Source of the DNA: a bacterium
GTDB lineage: Bacteria > Patescibacteriota > Minisyncoccia > Phycocordibacterales > CAIZLB01
DNA length: 64,000 bases
Reading direction: 5' to 3'
Assembly (NCBI GenBank): GCA_037127815.1
Contig: JBAXXP010000003.1
Location: 24,096-88,095 of the forward strand
The position numbers and the translations under genes are program-made. Shown one piece after another: positions 9,645 to 19,033 of this stretch. The notes beneath the pieces were generated by a model. It was not told where the DNA came from, did not search any database, and worked only from the letters and a program-made list of their open reading frames with translations. Numbering within the stretch: the first letter of the stretch is position 1; the number at the start of each line of letters is the position of its first letter.

Positions 9645-10061
9645 CTATTTTTTAAATAGTATAGATTCCTGACTTTTAAACTCAGATTCACGCCCAACAA
9701 TGGGATTGCCATTTACATCAGCACTGTAGCTGACAATCTCTTTGTTTGTATATAAATCATAAATATATTGAGTAACTATATTTGAACCAATATAGCCACC
9801 TTTGTATAAACATTGGTTTGTTTCCTTGTTGAATCTATACTCGGAATTCATTATTCCGTCTCTTAATTCTTTTTTATCTTTTTCGAATCTTTCAGATCCA
9901 ATTTGCTCACATTTCTGAATATTAGCGATTTCTTCTTTTCTTGTTTGTTCAGTAGTTTCTCTTTTATCCTGTCTTGGTAAATACCAAATAAAATAGTATC
10001 CAACGGAAAGCGAGATAACTATCAGAGCAGTATTAACTGCTTTTTGTAATTCATTATTCAT
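9645..10061 (-). CDS. Single-TM membrane/secreted hypothetical protein
   Basis: N-terminal hydrophobic helix (ALIVISLSVGYYFIWYLP) and two Cys in the exported part. Confidence 0.7.
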   Translation of the reverse strand: MNNELQKAVNTALIVISLSVGYYFIWYLPRQDKRETTEQTRKEEIANIQKCEQIGSERFEKDKKELRDGIMNSEYRFNKETNQCLYKGGYIGSNIVTQYIYDLYTNKEIVSYSADVNGNPIVGRESEFKSQESILFKK

Positions 10062-10126
10062 AAGCCACTGTAGCGGTTTTAGCCTATTAATTTAATAATA
10101 GGCGAAGAGAATTGAGTCGTTAGACA

Positions 10127-10218
10127 GAAGACTCCTCGCCATTGCGACAGAGCTTGCGCCCTGCCCATATCTAGTTTCCCAGACATGACCGCTACAGTGA
10201 CTCTGACGAGGAGTCTTC
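10127..10218 (-). ncRNA. Putative C4/CI-like structured antisense RNA
   Basis: 15-bp closing stem GAAGACUCCUCGUCA/UGGCGAGGAGUCUUC; two internal hairpins with GAAA and GCAA (GNRA) loops and G-U pairs; unpaired segment complementary to flanking AAAACCGCUACAGU boxes. Confidence 0.65.
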
Positions 10219-10299
10219 CATACTGTAGCGGTTTTGATATTCCGACCATATCCTAGAGAATTAAGGGTTCTTTAGGGGTTAGGTCTTTGTTGTTAATGA

Positions 10300-10328
10300 A
10301 ATGATAGCAGAAAATTTGCTATCTGTCA
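10300..10328 (-). promoter_or_regulatory. Candidate sigma70 promoter driving the ncRNA/leader
   Basis: Minus strand CTGACA-N17-TATCAT with an extended -10 TG. Confidence 0.45.
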
Positions 10329-10371
10329 GTAGCTTAGATATGAGGGTTTGCGAAGCAGAAGTTACCAACAG

Positions 10372-13300
10372 CTAAACTGGCTGAAATTCTCGATAGACAC
10401 GAACTGTTTCCATATAAATAGATTCAATTAAACGTTCCGTTTGCATAATTTCTGTAATTCCTTTTTGAATCAAAAGAAGTCTTACATTCTGACGAATTCG
10501 AGCTTTAATAGTTTCATTATTTGTCCAATCAATAGTTAAGTCTCGACGGATACGCTTTGTAAGTTCTTTTACAAAGTCTTTGATATCTATTCCAGATTTT
10601 TTAAGATCAGGATCTGTCTGAAGAGTATCGTAGAAAGTTATTTCTTCAGGTGAGAGTCCGAGTGATTGGCTCTCTTCATCAAGTTTCTTGATCTCATCAG
10701 CAATTTCCAAAAGTCTTTTGATAATCTCAGCGGAACTGATTACATTATTTTCGTATTTCTCAATAAGATCAGTAAGGAGTGTAAGCATAGTCTCATAACG
10801 AGCCTTGTTCATTTTCATACGAGAAATAATTTCTTGATCAAGTAGTTTGCGAACTGCATCTACAGCAAAGTTTTGGAATCTAACTTTTTTAATTTCTTCC
10901 ACAAACTTCGAATCAAAGATTGAAATACTTTTAGAATCTCCGTTTGTAGAGAACAGATTAATAATATCTTCCGCTTGTATCGCATCATGCACAAGACTAC
11001 GAATAGCACTTTCCGTCTCTTCTGGAAATACCGCCTTAGGTACAACTGTTTGTTTATTAATACTTTCTTTTACTGCCTGTAGAAACTGAATGTCGGTAAT
11101 AATATTCATTGCAGGAGTTGAGGGCATTACAAGAGCATGAAGTTTTGATAGTTTAGATACAACTCCAATATATGCCATCTTTTGGTCATCAGAAAGACGC
11201 TCGTCCTTTGAAATAACCGCATTGATTGATTCTTGAAGAAGATTAGAAAGTTCGATTCCCTTAAGATTTCTCCATCCACTGAAATTTACTCCATACAAAA
11301 AACCAACCGCTTCTGCATGAGAATGATTCATTTCAGAAATAATTTCATCAAGTGGTAGTAAAGCATTGTTCTGTATATCAGAATCATACATCGCGAGAGC
11401 TTTCTTTAGATTTTCAGCGATACCGATATAGTCAACGATCAATCCACCCGGCTTGTCTTTGTATACACGATTTACACGAGCAATTGCTTGCATAAGTCCG
11501 TGGTTCTTTAATGGCTTATCCAAATACATAGTATGCAGATTTGGCACATCGAAACCAGTAAGCCACATATCACACACAATTGCGATCTTGAGTGAATCAT
11601 TTGTTTTCTTGAATCGCTTCTCGAGCTTCTTCATATCACGTTCTGACTGTATCTCATTCGCAAATTCTTCACTATTTGAAATAACCACAGCACATTCTGG
11701 TGCTCCAACAATTTTCTGTATTTCTCTATAGATTGATACTGCAATACGACGACTCATTGTTACCACCATAGCCTTACCACTAATAGGTCGATTATTAAAG
11801 TGATATACAATATCTTTTGCAACTTGCTCAATACGACTTTGTGATCCCACTACTTCTTCAAGCACTGCCCATTCTTTTCGAGCTTTTGCTTTTTCTTCTA
11901 CAACAATTTCTCCCAAAATATCATCAAGTTTTGAATCAACGAATTTATCCGCTAGATGAAGTGGAACCAGGCGTCCTTCATAATAAATAGGAACGGTCGC
12001 ACCATCTTCTACTGCTTGTCCAATTTTGTATGAACTAACAATTGGACCGAATACTGCAAAAGTATCCTTATCGTTTTGCGATATCGGTGTTCCTGTCACA
12101 CCCAAAAAGCTCGCATTTGGCAAAGCCTGTCTTACTGCACCAGCAAAGACACTGTACTGAGTACGATGAGCTTCATCCGTAAGAACAATAAGGTTCTCTC
12201 TTTCTGATAGGACATTCTTTGCATCAGGATCATCTTGAAACTTCTGTATTGTAGTAAAAATGAGTTCACTACCAATGTTTTTTAATCTCTTTTGTAAATC
12301 AAGAATACTACATGCTCTCTTTGCAAGATTGTCATAACCAGTTCTTTTGAATGTTTTATATAGCTGATCATCTAAGTCTTCACGATCCGTCAAAAATAAA
12401 TACGCAGGACTTTTCAATTCTTCAATATTCTTAGTCTTGTTTACATAAAAAACCATAGAGAGTGATTTACCAGATCCTTGTGTGTGCCAAAAGACTCCAA
12501 TCTTACGATCTTGTTCTCCACGCACAGCACGAAGTGTGCTTTCAACTGTTGTATTTACTCCGTAGTATTGATGGTACAAACACATCTTTTTTGTGAATGT
12601 TACAGCTTCACCATCTCCATCCGCTTCAAAAACAAAGAAGTTTTGTAAAACATCCAATAGTCGTGTTCGTTCAAATAATCCTTTAGTTAGTACTTCTAGC
12701 TGATTAGTATTCTTTGGAGCATCAATAGGCGTTGTGATTCCTTTCCACGTTCCATATCTTTCCCATGAAGATGAGATAGTCCCATGTCGTGCATTAATAA
12801 GATCAGAGAGGCCAATTATTTGATTGTATAAAAAAAGCTTAGGTATTTCTTTCTTGTATCTTTCAATTTGACGGTATGCTTCACCGATAGTTACAGATCC
12901 ATGAACAGCACTTTTAAGTTCAAACAAGCCAACAGGTAAACCGTTGATAAAAATAACCACATCAAAGCGATTTGTAGTATCTATTCCTTGTACAGTAAAT
13001 TGATTGACCACCAAGAATTCATTGTTATCTCCATTTTTAAAATCAAGAAGTTTAACTAAATCTGTTTTTTCTTCGCCGTTTTCTCTCCATGTTGTTTTTT
13101 TGCCATTCACGAGCCATGAATAAAACTCCTTATTCCCAAGCATCGGATCATTATGGTGATAATCAGAAATTTCTTTTACTACAATCTCTGCTTGATCAGC
13201 GGGAATTTGAGGATTAATTCTGCGAACAGCACCAAGAAGACGATCTTTTAAAACTACACCCCGAAAATCCTCACGTTCTGCATGAGGTTGCCCAGGATTA

Positions 13301-13392
13301 ATATCCGGACCGTATACATACTCATAACCTTGATCTTGTAGCCATTCAATGAGTGATTGTTCTGTTAAATTGTTTTCGTTTAAGTTTTTCAT
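10372..13392 (-). CDS. hsdR: Type I restriction enzyme R subunit
   Basis: FDVVIFINGLP..ELK nuclease motif; WHTQGSGKS, DEAHR, TGTP and QAIARVNR helicase motifs. Confidence 0.95.
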   Translation of the reverse strand: MKNLNENNLTEQSLIEWLQDQGYEYVYGPDINPGQPHAEREDFRGVVLKDRLLGAVRRINPQIPADQAEIVVKEISDYHHNDPMLGNKEFYSWLVNGKKTTWRENGEEKTDLVKLLDFKNGDNNEFLVVNQFTVQGIDTTNRFDVVIFINGLPVGLFELKSAVHGSVTIGEAYRQIERYKKEIPKLFLYNQIIGLSDLINARHGTISSSWERYGTWKGITTPIDAPKNTNQLEVLTKGLFERTRLLDVLQNFFVFEADGDGEAVTFTKKMCLYHQYYGVNTTVESTLRAVRGEQDRKIGVFWHTQGSGKSLSMVFYVNKTKNIEELKSPAYLFLTDREDLDDQLYKTFKRTGYDNLAKRACSILDLQKRLKNIGSELIFTTIQKFQDDPDAKNVLSERENLIVLTDEAHRTQYSVFAGAVRQALPNASFLGVTGTPISQNDKDTFAVFGPIVSSYKIGQAVEDGATVPIYYEGRLVPLHLADKFVDSKLDDILGEIVVEEKAKARKEWAVLEEVVGSQSRIEQVAKDIVYHFNNRPISGKAMVVTMSRRIAVSIYREIQKIVGAPECAVVISNSEEFANEIQSERDMKKLEKRFKKTNDSLKIAIVCDMWLTGFDVPNLHTMYLDKPLKNHGLMQAIARVNRVYKDKPGGLIVDYIGIAENLKKALAMYDSDIQNNALLPLDEIISEMNHSHAEAVGFLYGVNFSGWRNLKGIELSNLLQESINAVISKDERLSDDQKMAYIGVVSKLSKLHALVMPSTPAMNIITDIQFLQAVKESINKQTVVPKAVFPEETESAIRSLVHDAIQAEDIINLFSTNGDSKSISIFDSKFVEEIKKVRFQNFAVDAVRKLLDQEIISRMKMNKARYETMLTLLTDLIEKYENNVISSAEIIKRLLEIADEIKKLDEESQSLGLSPEEITFYDTLQTDPDLKKSGIDIKDFVKELTKRIRRDLTIDWTNNETIKARIRQNVRLLLIQKGITEIMQTERLIESIYMETVRVYREFQPV

Positions 13393-13396
13393 AATA

Positions 13397-15169
13397 TTAA
13401 TTAATTTTTTCTGAAAGAAAATTAAAGATTTTCAAGAATTTATTTTTAGTTTCATTCGAAATTTCAAACTCCTTATTTTCAGCCAAAAGCATTTGAATCC
13501 CACTATTGAATTTTGATTTTTCATAAACTGTGGACTTTGGATCAAAATACTTAGTGATTCCAAGTTTTTCTGTTTTACTAAACAGTTCTTCACAAGAGCA
13601 CTTATCAAAAGAAATATCTATGTCACTTAAATCGAATATTCGATTATGAATATCGACACCAAACTCTTTTAAATATCTTTTCTTTTGTAACTTTCCTTCC
13701 TTATCTGCATCTAATAAACCAACGAAATTTCTACCCCATGATACATACAGAGCAATTGGTTGATCTAATTTACTTGCACCTGTTCCTGGATAAAAATTAA
13801 AATTCTGTAATTTTAAAATAACTTTGCAGATGTACTTAAGCGAATAATAATCATTTTTCCCTTCAGTTATAATTATTGGAGGCACCTCTTCTAATAGACC
13901 AGGTTGATATTCGAGCACATCCAGAATAGGCTGAAAATAAGCAGCGTCTGAAGGATTTTCTGCGACAAATTTTTTGTACTGTATTGCTTCAACATCAGTT
14001 TGTGAAGCATCAAAACTTACCTCATCATTATAATTTAACGCCTTATTTCGAACAATGTACGCTCCAGATAACCATTCTGGATTAATTAGATGATGACTAT
14101 GGGTCGTATAAATTAACTTTGATTTCTTTGTGATCTCACTAAATGTACTCAACAGATTCTTCTGAGCAGTTGAATGTAGATTTGAAGCTGGCTCATCCAA
14201 TAGAAAAAGTATTTCCCCAGAACTTGAAATTCTTTCTTTTCTAAACTCAGTAAAAAGAAGGAAAGTAAAAAACCACCTAAAACCAAGACTTCTTTCTGAT
14301 ATTGAGAAAGTATCTACACCTTCTTTAAGACGAAGTTCTAAATAACTCCTACCTTCTGGATCAATATCGGTTGAAACAATGATTTCCTTTTTCCCAATTT
14401 TTGAAAATTTACCCCAAGCTGAAAATACCACTTTTGAAATTTTAGCAGCCATCAAACTCTCGGTTTTTTCTAAAGCTTGCTTGTTTGCAGCAGTAGACTT
14501 ATTCTTTAAATTATTCAAAATTGTTTCTTCTACAGTAAATGTCCCATTGATTGTAGATAATACATCTTGAATAATGTTGTAATACTGCATCTCTGTAGAA
14601 GATACTGTATTAGGTTCGAGATATATCCTCTCTGGAAACTTCGCCAAGAAGTCTGGATAATATATTACTTCTGGTAAAAATTCTTCTTTTATATGTTTAT
14701 AAATTTGTTGCTTTTCATTTAATGGTAACTCGATAAATTTACCACCTTTTTTCTTTTGTCCTTCAATATCTAATCCGAATTTAATTTCAGTAGTAGTTGG
14801 AATAGCTCGATCAAAATTATAATATCGATAAATTTTTAAATTTTCAGGGAATTTGAAATCAACGTACTTTGTAATATTTGTATTTATATATTTTTTAATT
14901 TCTACAACATCATCTGATGAAAAATTTATTGTTGCTATTATTTCAGTGGCACCAGTAAAGCTTGCAGTATCAGATTTTGGTATGAGATTATGTCGTTGAT
15001 CCATGAGTGCTTCATTGGAAAGATTATAAATAGCCTCTAGAATAGTTGTCTTACCACTCTCGTTTAAACCAACTAAAGTAAAAATTTTTGAATCAACAGG
15101 AAAATTAACATTAAGATTTAGTTCTTTAATGCCCTTATATTTTTTTATTTTAAAATTTGAATAGTACAT
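13397..15169 (-). CDS. ABC/AAA ATPase with C-terminal TOPRIM domain (OLD-family-like nuclease)
   Basis: GLNESGKT Walker A, SERSLG signature, LLDEP Walker B, TTHS H-loop; TOPRIM ITEGKND and LLDAD. Confidence 0.8.
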   Translation of the reverse strand: MYYSNFKIKKYKGIKELNLNVNFPVDSKIFTLVGLNESGKTTILEAIYNLSNEALMDQRHNLIPKSDTASFTGATEIIATINFSSDDVVEIKKYINTNITKYVDFKFPENLKIYRYYNFDRAIPTTTEIKFGLDIEGQKKKGGKFIELPLNEKQQIYKHIKEEFLPEVIYYPDFLAKFPERIYLEPNTVSSTEMQYYNIIQDVLSTINGTFTVEETILNNLKNKSTAANKQALEKTESLMAAKISKVVFSAWGKFSKIGKKEIIVSTDIDPEGRSYLELRLKEGVDTFSISERSLGFRWFFTFLLFTEFRKERISSSGEILFLLDEPASNLHSTAQKNLLSTFSEITKKSKLIYTTHSHHLINPEWLSGAYIVRNKALNYNDEVSFDASQTDVEAIQYKKFVAENPSDAAYFQPILDVLEYQPGLLEEVPPIIITEGKNDYYSLKYICKVILKLQNFNFYPGTGASKLDQPIALYVSWGRNFVGLLDADKEGKLQKKRYLKEFGVDIHNRIFDLSDIDISFDKCSCEELFSKTEKLGITKYFDPKSTVYEKSKFNSGIQMLLAENKEFEISNETKNKFLKIFNFLSEKIN

Positions 15170-15174
15170 ATAAT

Positions 15175-16314
15175 CTAAATTAATTTTGCCAATAATTGAT
15201 CTCTTTGTGACCTTAGAGAAATGTTTTCAACATATAACGATATTTGTTTTTCAAATAAGTTACTTAGAATTTTGTCAGCTTTTCTGAGTAAGGATTCATT
15301 AGGTATTAGAACTAATGCGTCACTTATATGGTGTCTTTGTATGTGACCCATAGTCGTAGCTTTTCCTTCTGCAATCGCTTTAAATTCTTGAAGGTGTCTT
15401 TGTAAATATTGATACACAAACCATTTTGGGTAATACTGCGAAGTGACTTTGAATATATGCTGATTCAAAATTCCATCTTCACCAATCCACACCATTACAG
15501 AAAGACTCCCAGACCAAGCAAACAAGATATCTCCCTTTTTGATAATGTATTTTGTGTCTATATTTTTAGTTGCTCGATCAGAACTTTTATCAATACCGGA
15601 ATTCATCTCTCGTATTTTGATAACAGGAAATGAATCTTCCTGTCTTTCAGCTGGATATTTTTGTGAAGCAACTCCATTTAAAAAATCAGCTATTTTATCT
15701 AATCTTTTAACCTCCCACCCTTCAGGAATTTCTCCTAAATCACTCTCAACCATTTTCACATTCTCATACCCTGGAAATTTGAAATCAATAAGCCATTCAT
15801 TAAAAATAGTCTGGGCTGTTGTTTCAAGATTTTTTATAATAATATTATTATTTTCTATTTTTTTATCATAAGCACTCAAAATAGAGGCAATCCTTTTTTG
15901 AGTTTCTTTACATGGTGTTTCTACACTAATACTGTAAATAGTATCTCGATTTAAACCAGGAACAGCAGAATCGCCTCCATATCTAGGTAGATTAATTCTT
16001 TGTAGAAGATAGTAAACATACTTTAAATCAAAATCTTCAGAAACTTCATCGACATAGAAAACTGTATCTATTGGATATGATTCCTTTTCTGAATATGATA
16101 ACGATCCGACATTTCCTTTACGACCAATTATTATGGATGGTTTTTTTACCTTTGATTCATTATGAAAACCTACTAAACCACTTGATGCATAAACAGGAAT
16201 AGCACCCATTACTCGATTACGTTCAGGTAATCCAAAACCATATTTAATTTCCATCAAATCAGAAATTTGATGTGCTGTTTTTTCAATATTTATTTGTTCC
16301 AATAATTTAGTCAT
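15175..16314 (-). CDS. hsdS: Type I RM specificity subunit
   Basis: Two TRDs separated by the conserved QKRIASILSAYDKKIENN...LGEIPEGW region; C-terminal RDQLLAKLI. Confidence 0.92.
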   Translation of the reverse strand: MTKLLEQINIEKTAHQISDLMEIKYGFGLPERNRVMGAIPVYASSGLVGFHNESKVKKPSIIIGRKGNVGSLSYSEKESYPIDTVFYVDEVSEDFDLKYVYYLLQRINLPRYGGDSAVPGLNRDTIYSISVETPCKETQKRIASILSAYDKKIENNNIIIKNLETTAQTIFNEWLIDFKFPGYENVKMVESDLGEIPEGWEVKRLDKIADFLNGVASQKYPAERQEDSFPVIKIREMNSGIDKSSDRATKNIDTKYIIKKGDILFAWSGSLSVMVWIGEDGILNQHIFKVTSQYYPKWFVYQYLQRHLQEFKAIAEGKATTMGHIQRHHISDALVLIPNESLLRKADKILSNLFEKQISLYVENISLRSQRDQLLAKLI

Positions 16315-16315
16315 A

Positions 16316-17116
16316 TTATTTTTTACAATTAGAACACAGGTTCATACCTGTTAACGAAATTGATGCTGAATTAAAATCATAAGGATATGTTTTCCCACAC
16401 TTGCTACAAATCTGATTTCCTAACACATAGTGATTATTATTTAATAAATCAGACTTACCAAGAGAGAAGGATGTACTGTCTCCTAAAGTTGTAGCACTAA
16501 ACAAAACAGATTCTCTTTCTTTTTTCATGTTTTTAATCTGTTTTTCTAGCTGTGCAATTTTTTTACCAAACCCCTCTTGCTCTACAGCTGTTGCTGATTG
16601 AGCTAATTTCATTTTTTGATCTAACAAATCCATAACAAATGCTCTGTATGTTTCATTAAACTTTTCTTGAACTTCTTTTTCACTCCTAAGCGTTGGATCT
16701 ATATCAATCCAGTCCTCATACCCAGAGTTAACATTTAATTCAATCACAGATAAATGACGATCAATCTCATTTAGTTGAGGTTTTACATCTCTTGTTGCTT
16801 TCTTACTAAAGGTCATCACCCAGCAACGTAAACTACCAATTTGTTTTTGTATCGACTGCAAATTACGTACAGCAGACTGACCTTTTTTTCGAAGTATATT
16901 TTCACCTGTAACTTTTGAATACTCATTTTGGAATATACCTCCGGCTATTCCACCAGTTATACTTCCGAATACAGCTAAAAGATTTGAAAATAATTCATTT
17001 GTTTTAAACCATATAGATAGACCGAGTGAGATGATGGTAACTACTATAAAAACAAGGAACCATGGATCAAAAATCATGTTTGCAAAACTATTCCATTTTT
17101 GTTTAAGTCTAGTCAT
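16316..17116 (-). CDS. 2-TM, coiled-coil protein with C-terminal CxxC...CxxC zinc ribbon
   Basis: Two hydrophobic helices, then CSKC...CSNC; lies between hsdM and hsdS. Start placed at ATG 17116. Confidence 0.65.
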   Translation of the reverse strand: MTRLKQKWNSFANMIFDPWFLVFIVVTIISLGLSIWFKTNELFSNLLAVFGSITGGIAGGIFQNEYSKVTGENILRKKGQSAVRNLQSIQKQIGSLRCWVMTFSKKATRDVKPQLNEIDRHLSVIELNVNSGYEDWIDIDPTLRSEKEVQEKFNETYRAFVMDLLDQKMKLAQSATAVEQEGFGKKIAQLEKQIKNMKKERESVLFSATTLGDSTSFSLGKSDLLNNNHYVLGNQICSKCGKTYPYDFNSASISLTGMNLCSNCKK

Positions 17117-17120
17117 ATAT

Positions 17121-18914
17121 TTAAAATCCAAGTTCTTTAAGATTATTTTCAATTTGTTTCTCTAGCTCTCGACCATTAGCAAAAGCATCTCTCAGTTCCA
17201 CCGAAAGCTTTTGCATTTTTTCTTCAAATGAAATTCCATCATCTTCTACATCAGCAAGTCCAACATATCTTCCCGGAGTTAATACGTATCCATTCTTTTT
17301 TATTTCTTCCAAATTTGCTGATTTACAAAAACCAGAAATATCTTCATATTTTTCTACACCTGATTCTTCACGCCAAGCTTTAACAGTATCTGTTATTTTT
17401 TTAATATTTTTTTCATTAAAAACTACCTGCTTACGTGAAATCTGTTCAAACGTATCTCGAGCATCAATAAACAAAGTTTCTCCAGATCGTTTTCGAAAAC
17501 GGTCACCACCTTTGTTTTTTGATAGAAACCAGAGAGATACAGGAAGTGATACGTTGTAAAAAAGTTTTGATGGACAAGAAATTATTACATCAACCAAATC
17601 TGCTTCTATAAGTTTTTGACGAAGCTCTCCTTCTTTACCAGATACAGCTAATGCACCATTAGGCATAACAAATCCAGCTTGACCATTTGGAGCAAGGTGG
17701 TGAGTAAAGTGCTGTACCCAGAGGAAGTTTGCATTTCCACTTGGGGGTATCCCAAGAAAGATTCTTGGATCATTATCAGAAAGTTTTGAAGGATCCCATT
17801 CTGCATTAAACGGAGGATTTGCAATTAAAAAATCTGCCTGGAGATGAGGAAACATATCTTTGTAATAAGTATTTCCAAGTTCAATCTTTCCTGAGAGACC
17901 ACGAATAGCAAGATTCATTTTACATAAACGAAGTGTTGTTTGATTACTTTCTTGTCCACTGATAGAAAGTTTTGAAGGATCCATCTTGTGATCTCGTAGA
18001 TATTCACCCATAGATACAAACATGCCCCCACTACCACAAGCAAAGTCTGCTACACGAGCATTTTCATACGGCTCAAGTATTTCTGTAAGAAGCTTAACAA
18101 TTGATCTAGGGGTAAAAAATTCCCCTCCACGTTTTCCTTCAGATGAAGCAAACTGACCTAGGAAGTATTCATAGATACGACCAAGAATATCTTTCTCACG
18201 ATCAAAATCATGGTCAAAAGAAATTTGTGAAAAGATATTTACAAGTTCTCCAAGAACAGTATGGTCAAGGTTTACTTTGGTATATACACGAGGAAGAACA
18301 TTTTCAAGTTGAACTGGATTATCCTTTTCGATGAGTTCCATTGCAGTATCAAGAATTTTTCCAAGATCAGAACTCATTGTTTTTGTTTGCAAAAATTCCC
18401 AACGAGATTTTTCTGGCACATAGAAAACCCCTTCTGATGTATAGAAGTCTTTTGTTTCAAGAATCGCTTTTCGTGCTTCTTCAGTAGGAACATAAAAGTC
18501 TTCGTTTTTTGGATCTTTTGTCAGATCAGCAAGAACTTCTCTTCGTTTATAGAATGAATCAGATATATATTTCAAAAAGAGAAGACCGAGAACAATATTC
18601 TTGTACTCTGACACATCCACATTGCCTCGCAATTTATCTGCCGCCATCCAAAGTTCTTTTTCAAAACTAAGGTCGTGGTGATGATTCTTATCTAAAACCT
18701 TTTTAGTGACGCTTTTTTGCTGTTCACTAATACGGTTCTGTATATCTTCTGAAAGAGAAGACATTGGGATCAAATATGTTGGTTTAGAGGGGTCTCCTAT
18801 ATTTTCAGCCTTAATTTCACCTTTTTTGATCTTTTGGTGAATGGCTATACGACTAATACCCAACATCTTTGCGAGTTGTGTAGGAGTTACAAATTGTGTT
18901 TTATCGATTGACAT
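17121..18914 (-). CDS. hsdM: Type I RM methyltransferase with N-terminal excisionase-type HTH fusion
   Basis: LWMAADKLRG, GEFFTP, DFACGSGG and NPPF motifs; N-terminal TPTQLAKMLGISRIAIHQKIKKGEIKA. Confidence 0.93.
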   Translation of the reverse strand: MSIDKTQFVTPTQLAKMLGISRIAIHQKIKKGEIKAENIGDPSKPTYLIPMSSLSEDIQNRISEQQKSVTKKVLDKNHHHDLSFEKELWMAADKLRGNVDVSEYKNIVLGLLFLKYISDSFYKRREVLADLTKDPKNEDFYVPTEEARKAILETKDFYTSEGVFYVPEKSRWEFLQTKTMSSDLGKILDTAMELIEKDNPVQLENVLPRVYTKVNLDHTVLGELVNIFSQISFDHDFDREKDILGRIYEYFLGQFASSEGKRGGEFFTPRSIVKLLTEILEPYENARVADFACGSGGMFVSMGEYLRDHKMDPSKLSISGQESNQTTLRLCKMNLAIRGLSGKIELGNTYYKDMFPHLQADFLIANPPFNAEWDPSKLSDNDPRIFLGIPPSGNANFLWVQHFTHHLAPNGQAGFVMPNGALAVSGKEGELRQKLIEADLVDVIISCPSKLFYNVSLPVSLWFLSKNKGGDRFRKRSGETLFIDARDTFEQISRKQVVFNEKNIKKITDTVKAWREESGVEKYEDISGFCKSANLEEIKKNGYVLTPGRYVGLADVEDDGISFEEKMQKLSVELRDAFANGRELEKQIENNLKELGF

Positions 18915-18967
18915 ATGTTAAGTATAGCATAGTGTATAAAATAATGCAACTTAACACATGTAAAGTT
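18906..18967 (-). promoter_or_regulatory. hsdM promoter (TTGCAT-N17-TATACT, near-leaderless) overlapped by two palindromic operator-like boxes
   Basis: -35 at 18944-18949, -10 at 18921-18926, ATG at 18914. Boxes ATTGACA-TA-TGTTAAG and AACTTAACA-CA-TGTAAAGTT. Confidence 0.6.
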
Positions 18968-18993
18968 ACCAACATCTGAGAGACTGGGGCGCT

Positions 18994-19025
18994 CTAGACT
19001 CATAGGGCAATCAGCGTCATTAATG
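18994..19025 (+). promoter_or_regulatory. Conserved recombinase-upstream motif CTAGACT-N14-CGTCATTAATG (copy 2)
   Basis: Matches 2606-2637. Confidence 0.6.
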
Positions 19026-19033
19026 TAGTTGTA

